Below are positions 14,677 through 26,735 of a stretch of 64,000 bases of DNA, piece by piece. Each line of letters begins with the position of its first letter. Within the stretch, counting starts at the first letter, position 1. The notes under the pieces were generated by a model. The model was not told the DNA's origin. It made no database searches and saw only the letters and a list, made by a program, of their open reading frames with translations. The translations under genes and the position numbers were made by a program. This stretch comes from Azolla caroliniana (taxonomy: Eukaryota; Plantae; Polypodiophyta), in the NCBI GenBank assembly GCA_043228905.1, contig JBHGNT010000003.1:9362001-9426000 (forward strand). The letters run 5' to 3'.

Positions 14677-17654
14677 TTCTCAAACTAGAACTTCGTTTTG
14701 AGTTCAAATTCAAACGAACTCTCCTCGAGCTTATGAACGTGGGGGCATTCCGAGAATTGAACTCGGAACCTCTTGCACCCAAAATGAGAATCATGCGACT
14801 AGACAAAATGCCCTTGTTAACCCATAAGTTCGTTTTGAGTTCAAGTTCAAATGAACCTCTCCTCGAGGTTGGGAACGTGGGGGCATTCCAAGAATTGAAC
14901 TCGGGACCTCTTGCACCCTAAGCGAGAATCATGCCACTAGACCGAATGCCCTTGTTAACCCATTATTTTGAGTTGAAATCAAACGAACCTCTCGTCAAGG
15001 TTACGAACGTGGGGGCATTTTGAGAATTTCATTCTGAACCTACCGCAGTCGAAGTGAAAATCATGCTACTACACCAAATGCCCTTGTTAAGGTACAACTT
15101 CATTTTGAGTTCGAATTGACATGCCTCTCCTCAAGGTTAGGAACGTGGGGGCATTTCGAGAATTGAACTCGATAACTCTCGCACATGAAGTTAAGGTAGA
15201 ACTTCATTTTATGTTTGAACTCAAACACCTCTCGACATTAGCAATGTGATATAACTCGGGACCTCTCCCACCCAAAGCGAGAATCATGCCATTAGACGAA
15301 ATACCCTTGTTAACTTACAACTTCATTTTCAGTTCTAATTGAAATGCCTCTCATGAAGGTTGTGAAAGTCGGGGCATTCCGAGAATTGAACTCGGGGCCT
15401 CTCGCACCCAAAGCAAGAATCATGCCATTAGACTGAATGTCGTTGATAATTTAAAAGTTTGTTTAAGTTTGAATTCAAATGCCCACGTGAATTGAACTTG
15501 GGACCTCTCGCACCCAAAGCAAGAATCATGCCACTAGACTAAATGCCCTTATTAACGCTAGAACTATGTTCAAACTTATAAATTATTCACATTATGATAT
15601 CTGAACTCAAACTCCTCTTTTAGAGGTAACTGAAGTGGGGCATACCAAGAATTCATTTTGGAACCCTAAGCGAGAATCATGCCACTAGAACATTCAATGT
15701 TAAAAGTGCTAAATTAGTCATGTTTTTATAACCTAACGAAAAGGCATGTTGTCAAGGTTAGAAAAGTCAGGCATTTTGAGAAGTGAATTACGGACCTCTC
15801 ACACTTGAAGAAAGAATCATGCCACTACAATTTTGTTTTGAGTTCAAACTCAAAATCCTCTCGTCGTGGATAGGTAAGTGGGGGCATTTGGACAATTGAA
15901 CTCGGGAGCTCTCTCACCCAATCATGGCAGCATCCCGAGATTTGAACTTGGGACCTCTCGCACCCAAAGCGAGAGACTTGCCACTAGACAAAATGACCTT
16001 GTTAACCTACAACTTCGTTTTGTGTTCAAATTTAAATGCATGTCGTCGAGGCTAGGAACGTTGGGGCATTCTGAGAATTGAACTCGGAACCTCGCACACC
16101 TGAAGTGAGAATCATGCCACTAGATAAAATGCCTTCATGAACAATATAACTATGTTCAAACTAATAAATTATTCACATTTTTATATCTAAACTCAAACTC
16201 ATTTTATAGAGGTAACTGAAGTGGGGCATTCCAAGAATTGATTTTAGGACCCTAAGCCAGAATCATGCCACTAGACGATTCAATGTTAAAAGTGCTAAAA
16301 TAGTCATGTTTTTATAATCTAACGAAAAGGCAAGTTGTCGAGGTTAGAAAAGTCGGGCATTTTGAGAAGTGAACTACGGACCTCTAACACTTGAAGAAAG
16401 AATCATGCCACTACAACTTTGTTTTGATTTCAAACTCAAACTCCTCTATTCGTGGATAGGTAAGTGGGGGCATTCCTCTCTCACCTAATCATGACACCAT
16501 TCCGAGATTTGAACTGGGGACCTCTCGTACCCAAAGCGAGAATCCTGCGACTAGACAAAATGCCCTTGTTAACCTACAACTTCATTTTGAGTTCAAATTC
16601 AAATGACTCTCGTCGTGGGCGCATTCCGAGAATTGAACACAAGACCTCGTGCACCCTAAACGAGAATCATGCCGCTAGACCAAATTGCCTTGTTAACCTA
16701 CAACTTTGTTTTGAGTTCAAATTAAACCGAACATCTCCTCAAGGTTAGAAACGTGGGGGCATTCCAAGAATTGAACTTAGGGCCTCTCGCACCCTAAGTG
16801 AGAATCATGCCACAAGACCAAATGCCCTTGTTAACCAGCAATTTCGTTTTCGGTTCGTATTCAAACGCCTCTTGTCGAGGTTAGGTAAGTGGGGGCATTC
16901 TGAGAATTGAACTCGGAACCTTTTGCACCCAATGCGAGAATCATGCCACTATACCAAATGCGCTTGTCAACCAACAACTTTGTTTTGAGTTTGAACTCAA
17001 ACTCCTCTCGTCGAGGTTAGGTACTGAGGGCATTCTGAGAATTGAAGTTGGGACCTCTCGCACCCAAAGCGAGAATCCTGCCCCTAGACCAAATTCCCTA
17101 GTTATCCAAATTCAAACGCCTTTTGTCAAGGTTAGGAACGTTAGGGAATTTTAAAATTGAACTTGGGACCTCGCGCACCCGAAGCGAAAATCATGCCACT
17201 AGACCCGAAACCTTCGTTTTGAGTGCAAATTCAACGCCTCTCGTCCAGGTTAGGAATGTGGGCGTATTCCGAGAATTGAACTTAAGACCGCTCTCACCCA
17301 AAGCGAGAATCATGCCACTAGAAGAAATGCCCTTATTATGCTTCAACTTTGTTCTAAGTTCGAACTCAACACCTCTCAACATTATGAACGTGATATAATT
17401 CAGGACCACTCGCACCCAAAGCTAGAATCATGCCACTTGAACAAATGCCCTTGTTGAACAACAACTTCATTTTGAATTCGAGTTCAAACGAACCTCTCCT
17501 CCAGGTTAGGAACGTGGGGGCATTCCGAGAATTGAACTCGAGATCTCTCGCACCCAAAGCAAGAATTGTGCCACTAGACCAAATGCCCTTGTTAATCCAC
17601 AACTTTGTTTTGAATTTGAGTTCAAACGAACCACTCCTCAAGGTTAGGGACGTG

Positions 17655-17726
17655 GGGGCATTCCGAGAATGGAACTCGGGACCTCTCGCACCCAAAGCGA
17701 GAATCATACCACTAGACCAAATGCCC
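17655..17726 (-). tRNA. tRNA-Pro(TGG), near-intact copy
   Basis: 72 nt, stems intact, one T-loop substitution (GTTCCAT). Confidence 0.7.
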
Positions 17727-19596
17727 TTGTTAACTATAAAAGAATAGCGTTTGGAAGCGTATGAGAAACACAGAGTATACGGTTCTAGAAACAACAGAAA
17801 ACTCAGAGATGGAGATGGAGAGAGAGAGAGAGAGTGAGAGAGAGCAGACAACTCAGTTGTATCTCAAAATAATGTTACTCTATACATAGGATGTGCTTAG
17901 TGAGAACTTTTATACAAGTCCACACGGACTGACTGAAGTACTGACACGTACTTCAATGCTACTAACTGAGCTCTACAGTAAGTCCCAAAATATATTCCTA
18001 CGCGGAATATCTTTCCAACGGCCTCACGGTTTACGCACCGCTACGGCTTATTGTGCGCACAGTTTTATGCACCCAGTTTACGCACCCGATGACACACCGA
18101 ATGTTGAGCTTGTCTCTCAATACTCCCCCTCAAGCTCAACTAGAGGCTTCGTCCGTTCTTCTGGAACTACGCTCCGGTTCCTTCTGGTTTCATGCCTCGC
18201 TCGCACTCCTCGACCCATTCGATTCCGCACGCTTTGAACCTTCCGGTCAGCATGTCTGCTTGTTCGGCCCTTCTCAGCTCCATTGCTATCGCGGTGTTGG
18301 CACTTCATCTGCTGCCTCCTCTTCCGCTTGGCCCTCAGTTGATTCAGCGTATCCGAATCAAGCATCTAAACCGACTCCGCTTCCTCCGATCGGTTTTGCT
18401 CTCATCTGAGCTGGCTGTCTCCAACTCTTCTTCGGTCTTCTCGTCCTTGATGGCTTCGTCTCCCCCATGCTTCGGCTCTTTCTTCCGGATGCTCCCCTTT
18501 TTCTGCTTTCGGAATCTTCTGCGGATCCGCCCTCGGCTTCTTCAGCTGATCCACAATCGAATTCGTCATCCGACTCGGCGTCGTGGTCTTCCGGAACTTT
18601 GCTCCTCTTTGGGATGTCTCTCCCCCTCAAGTTCAGCACGTTGAGGTGACGCAACCCAAGCGCACCCGAGAATAGCCGCAACTTGTCCAGACGAAGAGGC
18701 TTGGTTAAGATGTCGACGGTCTGCCGATCCGTCGAAACATACTGAAGTTAGACTTCACTGGAGAGGATACGCTCACGAACGAAATGGTAGTGCACCTCAA
18801 TCTGCTTAGTCCGGGCGTGGAAGACAGGGTTCTTTGCTAGCTGGATGTTGCTCAGGTTGTCGCAGTAGATCGTCGTTGGATCGGACACCTCGTGCAAATC
18901 CTTAAGCAGTCGTTTCAACCATATGGCTTCGCACGTGGCGACATCCGCTCCTCTATACTCAGCTTCGGCGCTCGACAGTGCAACTGTCGACTACTTCTTG
19001 CTACCCCACTCGATCGCGGCACTCCCAAGAGAGAACGTGAAACCGGACGTGGATCGACAATCGGCGACATTGCCGGCCCAATTAACATCGGTGTAGCCGA
19101 CCAATTGCACGAATGTACCGGTCCGATATAGTAGCCCCCGGTCCTTAGTGCCGCTTTCGTATCGCAGTACATGTTGTGCACACTGAAGGTGCTCCTTGGT
19201 AGGTCGCGCCATGAACTGACTAATCACCCCGACCGGGTAGCTGAGATCTGGTCGGGTGATGGTCAAGTATATAAGGCTTCCGACTATCTATCGGAACCTC
19301 ATCGGGTCGCATACCTTTCCAGAATCGAGGGGAAGCTTGACGGTTCTATCCAGAGGAGTCGAGACGGACTTACAGTCGGCCATCCCGAATTTGAAGAGCA
19401 TACTGAGCACGTAATGCCGTTGGTTGATCAGTATGCCTTCGGGGGTGCGGATCACTTCGATCCCGAGGAAGTAATGAAGGTCCCCCAGATCCTTTATGTC
19501 AAATGATGCTACAAGTTGGAGCTTCACACAGTCAATCTCACCTAGGTCAGTGCCAGTGATGACCAAGTCATCAACATAAAGTAAAATGCTAACCGG

Positions 19597-20137
19597 TGTC
19601 GTGAAGATTTTCGTCCATAGGCGGAAACCGGGGTGGAATAGGCAAATCGGTGGTGTGCACCATGTGCACATGTATACTAGGGAATGGTGTATTGAAATAA
19701 GAGGGGAAATTCTATCCCACATTGTAAGGTCCCTCCCTCCTTGGGCTATAAAAGGAAGGGAGGGGTCACTTATGAGGGGTTGCCTATTTTGAGGGAGAGA
19801 GGCATACCACTTAGGTCGAGGGTTTCCCATTCTGTTTTAGGGTTTTGGTTAGGGTTTTCTTCTTGGGTTTTCGTTTAGGCTTTTTGATATAGTCGTTTGG
19901 TGCGGCTATGGCGGCCACCATTGTAAAGCGTTTATGTTTTCTTAGTAGAACTTCTTGTTGAGTATCTTGACTCCATCTTCTTCATCTTCTTCTTCTTCTT
20001 CTATCATAATGTCATATTCGTTCTCTTCTCCTCTTGAGCTATGAGCTAATCTTCCATTCGTTGTCTTAACCTTTCTCCTCTTCTCCCTAGTCCGAGACCC
20101 CCGTGGTCCCGCCTAGGATCTACACGTACTCGCAACA
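19597..20137 (+). mobile_element. Solo LTR (family of element X) inserted in RT of copia B
   Basis: TG...CA ends, 4-bp TSD CCGG. Sequence is the reverse complement of LTRs at 32407 and 41176. Removing it restores GRLEPVSILLYVDD. Confidence 0.9.
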
Positions 20138-23100
20138 CCGGCTCGAGTCGACCTTTCCGAATGAATACTGAAGAGTTCGATTTTGACATCACAAAGCCCA
20201 TCCGACACAGTTGCTGCGTGATCTTCACGTTCCAGGCACGTGGGGCTTGCTTCAATCGGCAAACCGCCGAAGTGTTCGTTCCGGAGTGAAATCCGGGGGG
20301 CTGTACCATGTACACCTGTTCCTCAAGCTCACCTTACAGGAGTGCATTCTTTACATCCATCTGATGTAAGTGCCACCCCTTTGCCGCAGCTACCGCGAGC
20401 AAAACACGGATAGTCGCATAGTCGATGCCGTGTTTTTGTGCGTAGCCTTTCGCTACTAACCGGGCCTTGTATCGATTGACCGAGCCATCAGTGTTGTACT
20501 TGACCTTGTACACCTACCTACATCCGATCGGCTTCACACCTTTTGGCACATCAACTAGGTCCCAGGTTTCATTTTCCGCCAATGTGCGCATCTCTTCCTC
20601 CATTGCGGCACGCCAATTCACGTCCTTTGCCACTTCTGCTTAGCTCTCCAGCTCACGCACTTCTGCTACATGGGTCATGTACACATAGTGATGCGCCATG
20701 TACTCGTTGTATCCGAACTGTACAACAGGGTTCTTCTAGTGGGTAGATCGGCGTATTTGCTCATTAGACGTCATTGAGGCTTTCTTGGCTGACGTGGACT
20801 TCGTTCTCAAAGACCCATCATCGCTCTTCTCAGAGTTGGATTCGCGTCGATCCGACTCGCCCTTATCCGTGCCATACTCCGACATCTTCTTCTTCCCTTT
20901 CTGCTTGTGCGTAAACCGTCTCCTCGGTTCCTTACACGGGAACAACACGGATGAGTCTCCACCACTCGTTGTCTCGTCATTTGGGTGGCCATCTTGGCCC
21001 AACCCTGCATTCGGCAAACTCAACCGAAATGAGATCGGACTCTCTTCGAGGGTCCCGATTTCACCATCATCCGGAGGCACTTCAGCCTCACTGACCTCAT
21101 CGTCAGAGCTCGGATTGGAGTTGAGGTCCAAAGTCGGAGGAAAGTACCAGGACATGGACTCGTCAAACACAACGTCGCGGCTTACACGAGTTTGTTTGGT
21201 TCGGGGGTTATAGCACTTATAACCCTTCTACTCGTCCGAATAGCCAACTAAGATACACTTCTCAGCTTTCGCGTCCAACTTCCTCCATTTCTCCTTCAGC
21301 ACATGCACATACGCAATGCTACCGAAAATCCTCAAGAGTGCCAGATTCGACTTCTTTCCAAAATATAGTTCATTTGGCGACACTTCTCCATTGGCAGAAG
21401 TCCGATTCTATAAGTAGACAAGCATTCTCACGACTTCAGCCTAATAAAATTTTGGCATATGCTTCTCTTCAAGCATTGCCCTACCGCTTCTTCAATTATC
21501 CGATTCTTCCGCTCGGCTACACCGTTCTACTCCGGTGTATATCTACATGAGAATTCGCGTCGAATTCCCTCCTTCCGTAGATAACATGTGAACTGGTTGG
21601 AGAAGTACTCTGTCCCGCCATCAGACCATAAGCATTTGATCTTGCGCCTTGTTTCCCTTTCTGAAAGACTCTTCACCTCCAGGAAACATGCGAACACTTC
21701 GCTCTTCTTCGCGATCGTGCATGCCCACGTGTGCCGAGTGAAATCGTCGATGAAGGTTACAAAGTAACGGCTTCCACCGAGACTCACGTTCTGTGCCGGT
21801 CCCCACACATCCGAATGGATCAAATCCAGTGGACTTCGACTACGATTACGCTCATTGGGGAATGGCAGTCAATGTTGTTTTCCCATATGACAGGCTTCGT
21901 AGATTTGGGCATTATGGCCCCGAAATTTCGGCAATCCGAACACAATGTTCTTCGTCTGCATTTCACGAAGCCATGGGAAATTTATGTGGCCGAACCGCTT
22001 GTGCCATAGGTCGATGTCCGATTCGACCTTCTGTCCTTTCGCGAACATAGCGGTGTCCACATTGTTGGTTTTGAGGATAAACATCCTCCCTTCTCGGCGC
22101 CCTTCTGCTATGACTTTGCCTTCTTCTTCGATGAAGCAACCGAGATGCGTGAATCGAACTTGCATACATTGGTCGACGATCTGACCGACCGACACAAGGT
22201 TCTTTGTTATTGTCAGGACGTGCAACGCATTCATGAGTTTCCCTTTTTACCCGACCTGGTTGAGGGGAACTTTGCCGACATGTTAGATGGTATGCGGGGT
22301 GTCATCTCCCGTTTCGACAACCCCTCGTGATTCTGGCTTCTCCAAGTACGAGAACCATTCCTCCTGATTTGTCATATGATTTGACGCTCTGGAATCCACA
22401 TACCACACCTCGCTCAATTTCGAGGTGTTCACGTGTCGAATACAAATGTATAATGGACGTATTCACACTATCCTCTTAGAGAGCCCAAGTTCGGGCTATT
22501 TCTGTAAATAACATAAAGGACAGTCACCCTAAGTGAGTCACTATATACTGTGTGATCTCTTCCGCACTGACGGCCTTGTTCATTCCCTACATTTGGTATC
22601 AGAGCTTGGATGTCCTTCATCCCGCTGCCGGCCGCCATTCGAATCTTTGGATCACAACATTCTGTTTTTTTTTTCTGTTTTCTATTTGAAGAAACAGAGA
22701 AGAGAGAAGAAGAAGAAAAACGAGGCTTGCATCTCATCGCGCTAGATCATCTTCACTTGGAGTAAGCCAACCGGCTGTACTCTGTTCTTCATGATCGTAA
22801 CCGCTCGAGGTGAAATCCCCTTGTGCAACATTGACACGATCGTGCTCCACTCGGTTAAACGGCATCTGAACAGGTCACTGAACACTGCTTGCCGCCCGTT
22901 GTAACCACTCGGTGCAGATCGGTCTCAAGAAAACAACCCCAATTCGTGCTTCATCTGGCTGATCGACATTCGGGAGGATCAATTGGATCCGTCTCTCTCG
23001 TCCCTGCAGTCACCCAAAGCAGAATCGGTTTCAATAATCGGTATTTGGCATATACATTCGGAAGTGAACCGGGCTCACTCCGACTCGGCAACATTCGGGA

Positions 23101-25178
23101 AGACCAGTCGGTTCTGTCCCTCAAGGTACCGGAGTCAACTCAAGCAAGTTCAACAATACATATATCCAAAACCGAACCGACTCGGGTTCAAATCCGACTA
23201 GAACGATATCGGGTGAGCCGACCGGCTGCACTCCAACAAAGTTCGTAGTCAACTCCGAACCGAGCTTCGTCAACTGAAACCGAATCTGATGGCATCAACA
23301 TCCGGCTCATCGGAAATGAGTCTAAGGAGGTTCGACGGTTCGAACTTCAATTTTTGGAAGGAGCAAATGTAGGACTATCTTATAGTCAAGGGTCAGATCG
23401 ATCCGATTGAGAATGAAACTGCTCCAGAAATATACAAGGCAAATGAGTGGCAGAAGCTGGACAGAATCGTCCGTGCCATGATTCAGGTCTACCTGTCGGG
23501 GTCAGTGTACTTCACAGTACAATCTTGCACGAAAGCCTTCGAACTTTGGAAGAAGCTGTCGGAAACCTACGAAAAGAAGGTCGCCTCAACGAAGATGTAT
23601 TTGATCCGGCGCCTCTACAACTTGCAGATGAAAGACTCCGATTCGGTTCAGGCACACCTTAATGAGACGAAAGTTTGAGCTCCCAAATCTCGTCACAGGG
23701 GACGACAATCGAGGATGAACTCAGAGCAATGATACTCATGAGCAGTCTCCCCTCCTCTTGGGAAACCTTCGTTACAACTGTGTGCAACGCTTCTATGACT
23801 GCCATCAAGTACTCCGAAGTCACAAGTGCAATCCTGACTGAAGCAGCTCGGAGAAAGTCTTTCACCAAAGACTCGGTAGAAGAAGCCTTTGTAGTACAAG
23901 GTTCGACCGACCGATCGAACAATCGGGAAAGAAGTTCTTCCCGACCGCCGACAAATCAGCGAAGCTGCAGCAAGTCCCAGGAAACCCAAATGTGCAACTA
24001 CTGCAAGAAACCGGGACATATCAAGGCCGACTGTCGGGTACTCAAGTCAAAGACAGACAAAGCTCAGAGAGCTAATCAGAGGAGTAACTGGCATGAGGAA
24101 GTCAACTACGTCGGCTCTTCAGCCGAGATATTGACGACCGACCCGAACATATTGTCCATAGAGAATCCAGTCGAATCAGAAGTTCTGCTTACGACTGAGG
24201 AATCGAGCACATGGCTTCTGGACTCGGGCGCATCGTATCACGTGACACCTCACCGATCACAGTTTCGGCAATATTCGGACCGGCACTCCGACTCAGTTCG
24301 AGTCGGAAATTCGCAGCACTGTGCTATCATCGGAATCGGCACCGTAGAGCTCAACCTTCCGGGTGGCTCTACACTCGTACTACACAACGTCCGACACGCT
24401 CTTGAGCTCTCACGACCCTTAATCTCAGTCGGACAACTTGATGAAGCTAGCATCCGTGCTGGTTTCTCATCAAGAGGGTGGACACTCCACAAAGGGAACC
24501 TCCTGCTTGCTAGAGGACCAAAGGTACACTCATTGTACCCTTTGTATGTCACACTTAGAGAGGGTGACTTATTTCTGGTAGATATCCCTGTGTCATCCTT
24601 ATGGCATGGACGACTTGGACACCTCAGCAAGGCCGACATCACGCACCTATCCAGAGCCGGATACATCCCAAAACTCTCCTTCTCAGACCATCAGTTTTGC
24701 GAGCATTGCCAATACGGCAAACAGGTAGCCGCATCACACTCGACATCAGCACCAAGAGAGTCGAGCCCGCTCGATTTGGTCCACTCGGACGTCTGTGGCC
24801 CGATGCGAGATCAGTCACTCGGTGGTGCCTCGTACTTCGTCAGTTTCATTGACGACTCGACTCGGAAGGTGTGGGCTTACCCCATCAGAACCAAAGATCG
24901 GGTGTTCTCGATCTTCTTAGATTGGCTCGCAATGGTCGAAAACCAGACCGGTCGGAAACTGAAGTGTCTCCGAACCGACAATGGAGGTGAGTTCAAATCT
25001 GATGAATTCGTCAAATTTTGCCGAGAACGCGGCATTAGACGTGAATATACGGCACCATATAGTCCGGAGCAGAACGGAATCGCAGAATGCATGAATCAGA
25101 CGATTCAAGAACGCGTTGTATCCATGCTCCAACACTCCGGACTGTCGGATGGCTTCTGGGCAGAGGCTCAACTCACGG

Positions 25179-26735
25179 TGTCGCGAAAATATGACGAGGA
25201 TACGCGAACTTGAGGCAGGACCCCGGGGCCTCCGACCGAAGGATAATCACATGTGTGCGTTTATATTTTTAACAATTAATAGAAAGAAGAAATTTAATAA
25301 TTTTCATTAACAAAGGAAAAAGAAATTACAATATGTCCCAAGATTGGGATTTAGAAGTTTTAGGTTTACTAAGATTAATAGAAAAGAAAAAAATTAGGTG
25401 TTTTGAGAGATATCGCTTTCGTAGGGAAGATTAGGATTAGGTTATATGAGTATTATGGCTTCCGTAGGGAATTTTAGGGTTTTCGAGAGTTATGGCTTCC
25501 CTAAGATAAGGGAGTTGAGAAGAAAAAAATAATAATATGGAGAGTCTATCCTAGTGTAGGAATAAAAATGGAATAAAAATAGAGTTCCCCCTTGATCATA
25601 ACTTTTTCACTTTTTGTTGCATGGCCTCTACTTTTAGTTGCCTAGCTTTTTCTTTTGGTTGCATGTGACTGTCCACATGACCTTTACTTTTTCCATGCAC
25701 TGCCTTCTTTAGTTGCTTGCGTCCACATGGCCTTTACTTTAGTTCTCTTCACTTTACTTTAGTTTGTTGCATGATCCAATCTTTCATCCGTCCGCGTCCA
25801 ACATCGTCCGGTAGCCGATTCCATTTTGCTTGCCGGTCGGTTCCGGTTCCGATTTTGCTTGCCGGCCGGTTCCGGTTTGCTTGCCGGTTCCGGTTCCGAT
25901 TTCGGTTTTGCTTGCCGGCCGGTTCCAGTTCCAGTTTTGCTTGCCGGCCGGTACCGGTTTGCCTGCCGGTTCCGGTTCCGGTTCCGGTTTTGCTTACCGG
26001 CCGGTTTCCGGCTTTGCTTACCGACCGGTTTCCGGTTTGCATACCCGTTCCAGTTCCGGTTTGCTTGCCGGCCGGTTCCGGTTTTGCATACCAGCCGGTT
26101 TCCGGATTGCATACCGGCCCGTTTCCGGATTGCTTGCCAGTTCCAGTTCCAGTTTCGATTTTGCTTGCCGGCCAGTACCGGTTTGCTTGCCGGTTCCGGT
26201 CCCGATTTTGCTTACCGGCCGGTTTCCGGCTTTGCTTGCCGACCGGTTTCCGGCTTTGCTTGCCGACCGGTTTCCGGTTTGCATACCCGTTCCAATTCCG
26301 GTTTGCTTGCCGGCCGGTTCCAGTTTTGCATACCAGCCGGTTTCCGAATTGCATACCGGCCCGTTTCCGGATTTGCTTACCGGGCCCGTTTCCAGATTTG
26401 CTTACCGGCCGGTTTCCGGTTTTAGGGAATTTGGCCACCATCATCTATCAAGACAAAGTGGCCAAAGTGCTCTTAGCACAAATGAAAAATGAGGGAGCTC
26501 AAGGTGTTTATATAGCCAGGGCCTTAACTTTCCTATCTATGTGGGATAGTTCTAATTTCTCTATCTAATCAAACTTCATTTTCTCATAACTTGATATGTA
26601 TTTCTCCATTTTGTATATAGTAAAATACATTTTGAAGCTCTTGAGTATATCCATCTTTCTATAGTAAGCTACTAATCTAATCTATAATAATTATTTCATT
26701 ATTTTTTTACCTAGTGTGTGAAGATTCACACGACA
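25179..26735 (-). mobile_element. Long solo LTR (W) inserted in the integrase of element C
   Basis: TGTCGCG...CACGACA ends, 4-bp TSD ACGG (25175-25178, 26736-26739). TATA-like CTATATAAA on the minus strand near 26510. End motifs resemble X-family LTRs. Confidence 0.85.
25808..26422. repeat. GC-rich CCGG minisatellite inside solo LTR W
   Basis: Reiterated TTTGCTTGCCGGCCGGTTCCGG-type units. Confidence 0.9.

Noticed and set aside
17650-17660. Genomically encoded CCA on the tRNA copies
   Set aside because: After the acceptor stem the sequence is C-C-A including the discriminator, one C short of discriminator plus CCA.
2950-17734. CRISPR-like repeat-spacer array
   Set aside because: The repeat is a 72-nt tRNA-Pro and the spacers are homologous to each other. 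The context is eukaryotic and no cas genes are present.
8832-17851. Many short ORFs with PLAPKARIMPLDQMP or GMILALGARG peptides
   Set aside because: These are translations of the tRNA-Pro repeat on either strand.
25717-26568. Overlapping 200-283 aa ORFs on both strands
   Set aside because: Stop-free artefacts of the CCGG minisatellite within a solo LTR.
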